A DNA stretch of 16,758 nt from Candidatus Hodarchaeota archaeon (GCA_029856365.1 JAHQWW010000080.1:1-16758); one strand, 5' to 3'; positions 1 through 7,761 are shown, counted from the stretch's first letter. Translations and numbers: made by a program. Notes: generated from the letters alone by a model not told the origin.

Positions 1-1025
1 AATTCGATAATTCTTGCATAATTATATAGGAGTGATTTATTTGCTGGTCTACCAAATTTATTACGAAATTCGGTAAGAAGTTCTTGCGCTATTGGTGTGT
101 TAATTTTATCAGCAGCATTGATTCGAGCTAATGGACCAACACGGTAACACCCCTCTTCAAAAGATCTTTTCTTATAATAGGGGAATTTTAAATAGGAATA
201 ATCTTTAACTCGTTCTGCAATTACATCCCGATATTCGACACCTTGAAATTCCTCTAAAACTTGATTATCAGTCCCTAGCAACCTAACCTTTCCGTTATAG
301 AAATCTAGTTCTCCATCACTTCCAACCAATCCCATATGCATTGTTGGATAGTCACCAAGAGTATCAATGGCCTCAGAATACTTATCAAAGAGTGATAATG
401 CTAAATCTTTCGCTTCAATCAGAAATCCATTAGCTAAATCTTTTACTTCCCTTTCAATTTTGTCCCGATTTTCATTGGAAAGCGGATGAGCTTGACCTCC
501 GGGGACACATGTCACAGGATGTACTGTTCTGCCACCGATTATCTTAGTAATCTCTTGGCCAACTTTACGAGCAGCTATAACTTTCTTTACTAGCTCAGGA
601 TTAGCCTCAAGAACACCAAAAACATTTCTTTTTGTAGGATCTGAGTCTGGCCCCATGACAAGGTCAGGTGCAGCCAAATAGAAGAAGTGTAATACATGAC
701 TATGGATATAAGAACCATAAAGCATAAGCTTCCTTAACTTAAACGCAGTAGGAGGAATATTTTCAGGTTCAAGACCGAAAGCATTGTCAACTGCTTTTCC
801 TGAACACATATGATGGGGAGCATGACATATACCACACATACGGGGAGTTATTAATGGCATCTCCTCAACTGGTCGTCCCACTAGGAATTTTTCAAATCCT
901 CTAAGTTCAACAACCTTGACCTGTGAATCCACAAGTTTGTTATTCTCGTCAAGGAAGAGTTTGATTTCGGCATGACCTTCGATTCGGGTTACTGGATCTA
1001 CTTTGATAATTTTTGTTGCTTTCAT
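1..1025 (-). CDS. mvhA: [NiFe]-hydrogenase large subunit, group 3 (MvhA/VhuA-like); 3' end runs out of the window
   Basis: Absent from the ORF track because there is no stop in the window. My translation from ATG at 1025, which overlaps the mvhG TGA (ATGA), reads MKATKIIKVDPVTRIEGHAEIKLFLDE...ELRGFEKFLVGRPVEEMPLITPRMCGICHAPHH...HSHVLHFFYLAAPD...GGRTVHP...YRVGPLAR. It has the TRIEGH, RGFE and L1 RxCGxC nickel-binding motifs. Confidence 0.93.
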   Translation of the reverse strand, partial: MKATKIIKVDPVTRIEGHAEIKLFLDENNKLVDSQVKVVELRGFEKFLVGRPVEEMPLITPRMCGICHAPHHMCSGKAVDNAFGLEPENIPPTAFKLRKLMLYGSYIHSHVLHFFYLAAPDLVMGPDSDPTKRNVFGVLEANPELVKKVIAARKVGQEITKIIGGRTVHPVTCVPGGQAHPLSNENRDKIEREVKDLANGFLIEAKDLALSLFDKYSEAIDTLGDYPTMHMGLVGSDGELDFYNGKVRLLGTDNQVLEEFQGVEYRDVIAERVKDYSYLKFPYYKKRSFEEGCYRVGPLARINAADKINTPIAQELLTEFRNKFGRPANKSLLYNYARIIE

Positions 1026-1927
1026 TTTTTTGCATCCTTAAAATTGTTGAATTTTGTAAAACCAAACTGATGCTGATACAATATGGGTATAGGATCATTG
1101 CCCATAGCTTCCATGACTTGCTCCATAGGAATATCAGAAGACAATGTTCCTAAAAATGAGGCAGCATCAACACCAGGATCCCGATCAGGGTTCAATGGCC
1201 CATGACACCCTCGACATGGTACTCCTACTTTTGGACACCGTGCATCGCATAATCCCCATGTGACTGGTCCTAAACAAATATATCCCTGTTCCAAAAAACA
1301 GCGGTCAGGATCAAGTTCTTCTCCAGCGGATTTATACCACCGTTTTAATTCTGTGATTTTTGTATGTTTTTTCACTCGTGGGCAGGGTTCACAAACCGAT
1401 TGATTTGGTAATTCCAGAGGTTTTCCATCCAAAAGGCTCATTACAGCTTGTGCAATCAGTTCAGGGACAGGAGGACAACCAGGAATCATTACATCTACAT
1501 CGATAACAGAGGAGAGTGGTGCCACTTTCTCTGTCAATGGTGGTACATCGTCCTGAGGCTCTCGACCCAAAGGATTATCTACTCCCATTGTGTTCTTGTA
1601 GACTTTATCAAAGAGTTCTTCATTTGTGTACATATTTGCAAGACTGGGAGTGCCACCGAAACAGGCACAACTTCCTAGAGAAACAATAATTTTACAATTC
1701 TTCCGCATTTCTTTCGCTACATGTATGTTATGCTCATTCCTAATGCCCCCTGTTATAATCCCCACATCTGCTGGAACAAATTCCTTAACATCAGCAAGAA
1801 CAGGGGATCTAACAATTTCTGCTTTAGCTAGAACATCAATGATTGCTTCATGAATGTCTAACAACGAAATATGGCATCCGGAACAGACCATGAGCCATTC
1901 AGTAGCAATTCTTGCTTTGCCACTCAT
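1022..1927 (-). CDS. mvhG: [NiFe]-hydrogenase small subunit (MvhG/VhuG-like)
   Basis: Proximal cluster ligands CSGC, GSC and PGCPP, plus C-terminal CEPC, CFL..CLG and CDARC..PCRGC. Start at 1927 (MSGKARI) is preferred over 1936 because GAGG sits about 10 nt upstream of it. Confidence 0.9.
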   Translation of the reverse strand: MSGKARIATEWLMVCSGCHISLLDIHEAIIDVLAKAEIVRSPVLADVKEFVPADVGIITGGIRNEHNIHVAKEMRKNCKIIVSLGSCACFGGTPSLANMYTNEELFDKVYKNTMGVDNPLGREPQDDVPPLTEKVAPLSSVIDVDVMIPGCPPVPELIAQAVMSLLDGKPLELPNQSVCEPCPRVKKHTKITELKRWYKSAGEELDPDRCFLEQGYICLGPVTWGLCDARCPKVGVPCRGCHGPLNPDRDPGVDAASFLGTLSSDIPMEQVMEAMGNDPIPILYQHQFGFTKFNNFKDAKK

Positions 1928-2058
1928 TTTATACATTCCTCTTTACGTCTATAATCATTTAACTTTCATGGTAGAACAGATATTCAAATTCAAAAAGAGT
2001 TAATAGACTGTCTGAGTAAGGAGTTTAACTTAGGGCAATTTTAAAAAAGTTTGCTTGT

Positions 2059-2077
2059 AACTATTGTTAAAATAGTT
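2059..2077. promoter_or_regulatory. Inverted repeat AACTATT-N5-AATAGTT upstream of mvhG; candidate transcription-factor site
   Basis: Perfect 7-bp arms seen directly, next to a candidate minus-strand TTTTTAAA box near 2040-2047. The sequence is AT-rich, so chance is possible. Confidence 0.35.
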
Positions 2078-2132
2078 GGGTTTTATCTGAATTATGGTTA
2101 TTTTGTCACTACATATCCTATGCCCTCTGCAT

Positions 2133-2148
2133 TTCAGCAGATGCTGAA
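2133..2148. promoter_or_regulatory. Palindrome TTCAGCA-GA-TGCTGAA in the lrp-mvhG spacer
   Basis: Perfect 7-bp arms with a 2-nt spacer. The spacer is too short for a good hairpin loop, which fits a dimeric protein binding site better. Confidence 0.35.
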
Positions 2149-2218
2149 TGTCAGCCAACAAATAGAAAAAAATGTCCCATACATACTTGGAAGCAAGGAA
2201 ATCAATAACTAGAAGAAA

Positions 2219-2776
2219 TTATTCCCCTACTTCTTCAGAAATCCGCTCAATAACCCTACAAGCACCACATTTATCTTGACAATCGTGTTGTTTGAATATT
2301 TTCTTACCAGAACCATTAGGAATGAAAAGCCAGAAAGGTTTATCTGAAAAACCTTCTGATTCCTTAACAAAAAAACTATTCCTCCGTTTAACTCCCGGAA
2401 GATGACTGAGGGGGAATGTGTCAATAAAAGTAGTAATTTTTTCTCTGGTGTCAGCAACAAGACAGATTACAAGATTGTACTCAAAACCAGAGAGAGAAAA
2501 AATGGCTGTGACGAGGGGACAATCATAAAAATAATCCAAGATTGCTTTCTCAGTCTGTGGATTGGTTATTTCGATAAAAGATAAAGCATGGCTGAATTTC
2601 AGTTGAGAGAGATTTAATCCAATACCTTCAGAGATCAGGTTCTTTTTAACTAATTTATCATATCGTCTCTTAACTGTCCCTTTAGCCATACCAAGAGCTT
2701 CAGACGCTTTAGTAAAAGAATTTCGTGGATTTTGCCGAAAATATTCAATAATTGCCTTATCTTTTTCATCCAACAT
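2219..2776 (-). CDS. Lrp/AsnC family transcriptional regulator with Cys-rich C-terminal extension
   Basis: N-terminal MLDEKDKAIIEYFRQNPRNSFTKASEALGMAKGTVKRRYDKL is an AsnC-type HTH, followed by a RAM-like domain (SLSGFEYNLVI) and tail HDCQDKCGAC. ATG 2776 has a GAGGT SD; the track start is 2803. Confidence 0.85.
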   Translation of the reverse strand: MLDEKDKAIIEYFRQNPRNSFTKASEALGMAKGTVKRRYDKLVKKNLISEGIGLNLSQLKFSHALSFIEITNPQTEKAILDYFYDCPLVTAIFSLSGFEYNLVICLVADTREKITTFIDTFPLSHLPGVKRRNSFFVKESEGFSDKPFWLFIPNGSGKKIFKQHDCQDKCGACRVIERISEEVGE

Positions 2777-2814
2777 TAAGAATCTAACCTCGTCATTAAA
2801 CACAGCATAATTAT

Positions 2815-3969
2815 TTAAACTCTACCACTGAGAATTCCACGGAAATAGAACCGACTGAAATATTTTTTGATATAATAAAATAATCTGTTTGGAATATATC
2901 CTAAGCGGAGAGGAGGGCGTGTGTACGTAAAATCTAACACCATAGCTGAGGTTAATCCCATCATCACAAAGCATTGAGCGTGGCCGTTATATTTTGCGTT
3001 AAGTCTACCCTCTTTAATTAACCTTAGGATATTCTTGGAGGCAACTTTCGCTTGATAATGGGCAGTGGAACCAGCCTTAGATATTGGTAACTCAGTAGTG
3101 TCACCCACAGCAAAAATATTTGGATAAGCAATAGACTGTAACCGTTCTTTATCGACAATGACCCAACCTTGCTCATTTGCTAATTTACGATCATCAATAT
3201 AGGTTGCCCCCAGGTGTGGAGGAACAAGAATTAACAAATCGTAATTAACTTCTTCGCCTTCTAGAGAAGTAACTGCCTTTTTCTCGGGAATTATCTCCTC
3301 GGTGTTGAAGAATTCATGAAGTTCAATCCCCTTCTTCTCAAATTGCTTCTCGAATTTTTCGGAAGCTTGATCAATTGAAAAAGCTCCTCCAAGAGGACTT
3401 AGATAATGGATATTGACTTGTTCAAGCATTTTTCGACGCTTAAAATAGTGATAAAGCATGAATGTGACTTCAATAGGTGCAATAGGACATTTGTAAGGTA
3501 AATCAGCTACACCAGTGACTATGTTTCCACCTTCAAAACTTTCTAAGGCATCACGCAACTTAAGGGTGGCTTCTTCATTATAGAAGTGATGTGCTTCACC
3601 AGCATAACCAGTAACACTCTCATAATCATAACGGGCACCCGTAGCAATAACTAACCAATCATAGCAAATCTCATTGCCACTTTTGAATTGGACTACATGG
3701 TTCTGTGGATCTAAATGCACAACTTCCTCCATAAGAATTGAAACATTTTTGTTTACCACTTTACGGAGAGGTCTATATTGTTTTTTAAGGTCTTTTTTAT
3801 CAAATAACCGATAGATTAAGTCTGGTTCATAAAAAACATTCTCATTCTTTGATACAAGCGTGATATCAACCAGTTTTTTGGCCTTTCGTCCCAAAAGATT
3901 GGCAACAACGACACCACCAGTACCACCTCCGAGAATGACAATATGGGGCTTCTTTTGATTAGAATTCAT
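2815..3969 (-). CDS. sqr: Sulfide:quinone oxidoreductase-like FAD-dependent oxidoreductase (short, type III-like)
   Basis: GGGTGG Rossmann motif, ATG motif (IATGA), KCPIAPIE and HAQCF redox cysteines, VGD..LPISKAGSTAHYQA. Lies in a TusA/DsrE gene context. Confidence 0.82.
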   Translation of the reverse strand: MNSNQKKPHIVILGGGTGGVVVANLLGRKAKKLVDITLVSKNENVFYEPDLIYRLFDKKDLKKQYRPLRKVVNKNVSILMEEVVHLDPQNHVVQFKSGNEICYDWLVIATGARYDYESVTGYAGEAHHFYNEEATLKLRDALESFEGGNIVTGVADLPYKCPIAPIEVTFMLYHYFKRRKMLEQVNIHYLSPLGGAFSIDQASEKFEKQFEKKGIELHEFFNTEEIIPEKKAVTSLEGEEVNYDLLILVPPHLGATYIDDRKLANEQGWVIVDKERLQSIAYPNIFAVGDTTELPISKAGSTAHYQAKVASKNILRLIKEGRLNAKYNGHAQCFVMMGLTSAMVLDFTYTRPPLRLGYIPNRLFYYIKKYFSRFYFRGILSGRV

Positions 3970-4001
3970 AAAAAAATCTCCTGTAACGCATTAAGGACAT
4001 G

Positions 4002-4244
4002 CTATCTTACTTTTTTGACAACAAATCGAGTATGGCCGTTTTCTTCGAAAACACCAACCATCTCGTGGTTTGCTTTAGTCACCCATTTAGGAATATCCCG
4101 AATGGATCCAGCATCTTTACTCCAAACCTCGTAGATTTTACCGACTTCACCCTTCCTGATAGTCTTTATTAATTCCATCAAGGGGCCAGGACAATAACTT
4201 CCACGAGCATCAATAACTTGATCAGCAATAATTTCTTGACTCAT
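4002..4244 (-). CDS. tusA: TusA/SirA family sulfurtransferase
   Basis: IDARGSYCPGP (CPxP) motif and DAGSIRDIPKW. ATG 4244 (MSQEII) is preceded by AGGTGA; the track start is 4256. Confidence 0.9.
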   Translation of the reverse strand: MSQEIIADQVIDARGSYCPGPLMELIKTIRKGEVGKIYEVWSKDAGSIRDIPKWVTKANHEMVGVFEENGHTRFVVKKVR

Positions 4245-4258
4245 ATTCTTTTTCACCT

Positions 4259-4669
4259 CTAAATAGAAATAACTTGATCAGCTTTCATGGCTTCTTCTGC
4301 TAAGGTATTTACACCAGCAACATCATCCACGAAAGGTAAAAGGTCATCTTTCTCCAACCCCAAAATTTCAGTGATTTGTACACAAGCAGCAATTCGAAGA
4401 CCACCAAGATCCTTGAGATCCTCCAGCAGCTCCTTCCAATGAACGAGCTTGCCCTCTTTTCGTGCCTGATTAATCTTATTCGATACTTCTGGAAACACAC
4501 TAGTAATCTCAGGTTCAGGGGGAGCATCTTTTTTCAAGGCATAAACTGCATCATGCATGAAGAAGATGAACACTTCGTAATCACTTGTGATCGCACCAGA
4601 GGCAACCAACGCAACAGTCTGAAGTTTCTCTGTTGATCCAGAATCACATACTAAAACCAGTTTGGACAT
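4259..4669 (-). CDS. DsrE/DsrF-like sulfur relay protein
   Basis: EVFIFFMHDAVYAL, RIAAC and DDVAGV..L.E.A..ADQVISI follow the DsrE pattern; GAGG SD upstream. Confidence 0.82.
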   Translation of the reverse strand: MSKLVLVCDSGSTEKLQTVALVASGAITSDYEVFIFFMHDAVYALKKDAPPEPEITSVFPEVSNKINQARKEGKLVHWKELLEDLKDLGGLRIAACVQITEILGLEKDDLLPFVDDVAGVNTLAEEAMKADQVISI

Positions 4670-4704
4670 ATCAGTTCCTCCACGAATAAAGAAAAAGGAG
4701 AGAT

Positions 4705-5214
4705 TTACATGAATAAAGTAATGTCAGCGTCTTTGGCAAACTCTAAGAACGAAGCAGCGCCACCAAGTTCGCAGCCATCGATAAGTTCCTCTTCTTTAAT
4801 CCCCATTACGTCCATTGTCATCTGACAACCAATCATACGAACGCCAGACTCCAGGCACACGTCGCGTAACTCCAAAAATTTGATTACATTAGCTTTTTTC
4901 ATCCAGCGATTCATCATCCAGGTTGCCATCCCAGTCATACCTGGGATCATCCCGATAATATTGGGAACTGGCATCGGTGCAGCTGGATTAGCAATAGGGC
5001 TCACCTTAAGTTTCTTACTTTTCTTCTTGTGGATTAAATTCAATCCATAAAAAGTAAAGAAAATTGCAACTTCCATGTCCATTGCTGCTGCTGTAGAAGC
5101 GAGAATTACTGGAGTGTAAGCAGCATCCAACGTACCAGCTGAAGCAATAATTGCCATTCGTTTGGGTTTCTCTTCACTGGGAAGAGTTATACTTTGAGAA
5201 ATAGATTCAGTCAT
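4705..5214 (-). CDS. DsrE2-type (DsrE/DsrF/DrsH-like) sulfur carrier
   Basis: GTLDAAY..ILASTAAAMD.EVAIFFTFYGL, GCQMTMDVMG and GGAASFLEFA..ADITLF are the DsrE2 pattern; GGTGA SD upstream. Confidence 0.9.
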   Translation of the reverse strand: MTESISQSITLPSEEKPKRMAIIASAGTLDAAYTPVILASTAAAMDMEVAIFFTFYGLNLIHKKKSKKLKVSPIANPAAPMPVPNIIGMIPGMTGMATWMMNRWMKKANVIKFLELRDVCLESGVRMIGCQMTMDVMGIKEEELIDGCELGGAASFLEFAKDADITLFM

Positions 5215-5232
5215 AATATCACCATTCGGCTT

Positions 5233-5469
5233 TTAGTTTCTTCTTCTAACCAGAAAACGATAATCTTTAGGTCCGAGCTCTTCCGCGGATATGAGTTCCT
5301 GGCCTGTGGTACGAGTCCAAGCTGGAATGTCCGCCATACTCCCAGGATCAGTAGTCAAAATCTCTAATACTTGGTTAATTTCCAAGGCTTTCAATGCCTT
5401 TTTTGATTTTAAAACAGGCATAGGACAAGACAAATTCCGTGCATCTAATGTTTGATGTACTTCAGTCAT
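5233..5469 (-). CDS. tusA: TusA/SirA family sulfurtransferase (first gene of the operon)
   Basis: LDARNLSCPMP (CPxP) and TDPGSMADIPAW motifs. Confidence 0.92.
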   Translation of the reverse strand: MTEVHQTLDARNLSCPMPVLKSKKALKALEINQVLEILTTDPGSMADIPAWTRTTGQELISAEELGPKDYRFLVRRRN

Positions 5470-5540
5470 TTTTCTATTCTTCCTCTATAATTCGAATCGA
5501 AATTATCGCCTTCCATTATCAAAATATGAAAGACCACGAA

Positions 5541-5654
5541 TGAACAGCTTAATCCCCTGAGTGAAAGATTGTCCGAGACGCAAAAGAATCAACATAACTG
5601 CTGTTTCTCACCCATAAAGGGAAGCGGTGACGTAATTAAGGACTAAGCTGTTCA
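5541..5654 (-). ncRNA. Putative structured cis-regulatory RNA in the 5' leader of the sulfur operon; family not recognised
   Basis: On the minus strand UGAACAGCUUAGUCCUU (5654-5638) pairs with GGGGAUUAAGCUGUUCA (5557-5541) to give 17 bp, 3 of them G-U. Internal hairpins are present, and it starts about 22 nt downstream of a TTTATAAA box. Confidence 0.55.
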
Positions 5655-5732
5655 ATGACCAAATGATCAATTTAATTTATAAATTTTGCCTAAATAGACA
5701 ATTTAAATGCTTGAGATTGCTCATATGGTCAA
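5655..5732 (-). promoter_or_regulatory. Promoter of the sulfur operon: TATA box with three phased 16-bp semi-palindromic operator boxes
   Basis: TTTATAAA at 5676-5683. Boxes are ATGACC-AAAT-GATCAA (5655-5670), TTGCCT-AAAT-AGACAA (5686-5701) and TTGCTC-ATAT-GGTCAA (5717-5732); their starts are 31 bp apart. Confidence 0.6.
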
Positions 5733-5887
5733 TAATAAATTACATAGTCATTATTCTCCCACCATAATGTAAATGAAAATTCATCTCAGATTAAGAATGA
5801 GTCACTTAGCTTACTCTATGTTTTTTTCAATATACTTTCAATGATTCCAGTTGTTTTCTTTGTTTTTTCTCTCGGATTAAAGAAAAG

Positions 5888-6180
5888 ATGGTTGTTACCG
5901 AAGAAATTTCTTTTCGGGTCATTTTTCAAACATTTATGGAACGATGTTTGGGGAATCAACAGGAGATTGTTCTCATAGCATTCCTTTTCTCAATTAGCCA
6001 CCTTCCCTCACACATCTTAAGTATTGGATTATTTCTTGGTTCGTTTCGCATTATGTATGCTTTTTATGGTGCATTGATGTATGGTTATGGTTGTTATCCA
6101 CTCGTAATCTCTGGGTGATTTCTGCTGCGCATATGTTTAATAATTCGACTAGTTCCATTCTTTATAACTTTCTAAACTAG
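5888..6180 (+). pseudogene. CPBP (CAAX protease/Abi) intramembrane metalloprotease remnant, frameshifted and 5'-truncated
   Basis: Frame 1 has EEISFR and FSISH. After a shift near 6085 a second frame reads WLLSTRNLWVISAAHMFNN...FLN* (stop 6178-6180), which is the C-terminal HxxxN motif. Confidence 0.7.
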
Positions 6181-6572
6181 AATGAGTTATATATCAACTT
6201 TTATTTCTTGTACAAGAATTAAAATGAATTATCAAATAAAATATATTGATTAACCAAAATAAATTGGAATTAAAAAGAAAGTTCACGTTCGAAATCTTTT
6301 AAAAGAGATTGCTCATAGATTTAATAGACTAAATTAGGTAGATGTCTACGCCTTAATATGACATGTAACTGAAAAAATCAAGAATATTTTGTCTAAAAAT
6401 TGTAACTAGGCATTCAGAATTGTAGATTGGCCAAAAAGCTCTTATTATGCAAAGTTAATATTATTCAAAGCCTAAGACAGATCCATCTAAACCAATGATT
6501 TATCCCATAAACTAAAATTAAATAATCTGGACACAATTACTTGAACTATCAAAGTTATAGTAGGGAAAAACC

Positions 6573-7481
6573 TTGACACGTGAAAATCTTTCCTATTTTG
6601 ATAAGCTTTATTCTAATGTTTCACCTGATCTGAGAATTAAGTTTAAAGAATTCCGGGTTAAAAATCCTTACAAAAAAATTGAAATAGATGATGTGATTTG
6701 GAGTTATATTTCCTGTGGTAAAGGGAAAAAATCAATTTTATTCCTGACAGGGGGATCTAGTGTTGGTGATGGTTGGGCTTTTCACATTATAGCGTTTGAA
6801 AACGATTACAGATGCATCTCTGTTGATTATCCAGCTGTTTCAGATATAAGAAGCTTGATAAAGGGAATAGTCGATATCCTCAACGCTGAAGGAATTGATA
6901 AAGTACATATCATTGGTCAATCCTTTGGAGGAATAATAGGGCCTTGTTTTGCTTATCATTATCCAGAAAAAGTTGATAAAATGGTTTTGTCACACACAAT
7001 TGCCAATCTGGAGAGTTCTGATCAAATAGAGAGAGAAAGAAATATTAAAAAGACGGAAAGGAATACCAAGATTATAAGATTAATTCCAAAATGGATTTTC
7101 TACCGAGTTGCACTGAGAAGGATGAACAAACATTTTATGAACTTAGATAATAAGAACTCCGAGTTCTTGAAGGCTTTTTTTACTGAGACAATAAAATATA
7201 GAACCACGAAAAAGCAGGTAATCGCCACGTCTTTGATTATGATTGATTATATGAGGAACTACATACTATCAGCAGAAGATTTTGACAATTGGACTGGAAA
7301 AGTCTTTATTCTTGAATCAGAAAGTGATCAAGCAATCAAAACGGAAGAAAAGCAACCTTTAAAATCGCTATTTAAGAATGTAAAAGTGCATACGTTTAAA
7401 GGAGAAGGAACTAGTCATTTATCTTTATTCAACAAGCGTGAAGAATTTATATCCCTTGTGAAAGAGTTTTTTCATAGCTAG
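6573..7481 (+). CDS. Alpha/beta fold hydrolase
   Basis: GQSFGG nucleophile elbow, candidate catalytic Asp (ESDQ) and His (TSHL); TTG start. Confidence 0.88.
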   Translation: MTRENLSYFDKLYSNVSPDLRIKFKEFRVKNPYKKIEIDDVIWSYISCGKGKKSILFLTGGSSVGDGWAFHIIAFENDYRCISVDYPAVSDIRSLIKGIVDILNAEGIDKVHIIGQSFGGIIGPCFAYHYPEKVDKMVLSHTIANLESSDQIERERNIKKTERNTKIIRLIPKWIFYRVALRRMNKHFMNLDNKNSEFLKAFFTETIKYRTTKKQVIATSLIMIDYMRNYILSAEDFDNWTGKVFILESESDQAIKTEEKQPLKSLFKNVKVHTFKGEGTSHLSLFNKREEFISLVKEFFHS

Positions 7482-7544
7482 ATGAAATCAACGCGAAAAA
7501 CTGTGTCCATAACCTAAACATCTATTTTTTAATATTTGTAAACT

Positions 7545-7567
7545 AAAAATAAAAAAAAGAGGGATTC
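7545..7567 (-). terminator. Oligo-T terminator-like tract after the small Zn-binding gene
   Basis: The minus strand carries long T runs about 30 nt past the stop, between convergent genes. Confidence 0.4.
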
Positions 7568-7593
7568 TTAACTTATTTTAAATCCAATCTAAA

Positions 7594-7761
7594 CTACATG
7601 AAACTTTCTATATTTCGTCTAGCTGCTCGTAATTGTTCTGGGGTGTATTGGTCAATGTTATGATTTTGTTTACCGTGAGCTTGAACTTTTTTAAGTGCTT
7701 CGGCCGTTGAAGGGGCATTTATATCTCTTCCACACATTTTACAATGATATTGTTCGGCCAT
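7594..7761 (-). CDS. Small C2H2-type metal-binding protein (DUF1059-like), 55 aa
   Basis: Below the ORF-track cutoff. Translation is MAEQYHCKMCGRDINAPSTAEALKKVQAHGKQNHNIDQYTPEQLRAARRNIESFM*, with CxxC...HxxxxH; a TTTATATA box lies upstream near 7816-7823. Confidence 0.75.
   Translation of the reverse strand: MAEQYHCKMCGRDINAPSTAEALKKVQAHGKQNHNIDQYTPEQLRAARRNIESFM

Noticed and set aside
1448-4636. Short overlapping ORFs (1448-1678, 1626-1853, 2227-2460, 2402-2584, 3943-4134, 4309-4527, 4376-4636)
   Set aside because: They overlap well-supported genes in other frames and show no motifs.
1022-5469. Selenocysteine recoding in the hydrogenase or sulfur-relay genes, or the leader being a SECIS
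   Set aside because: There is no in-frame TGA at Cys positions in the visible parts. The only TGA stop (mvhG) is an ordinary ATGA overlap with mvhA. The MvhA C-terminus is outside the window and cannot be assessed.
5541-5654. MITE, tRNA or 5S rRNA interpretation of the stem-closed element
   Set aside because: No symmetric target-site duplication and no second copy in the window; no cloverleaf/T-loop or 5S signature. A MITE is disfavoured by the strand-specific G-U pairs but not excluded without the whole genome.
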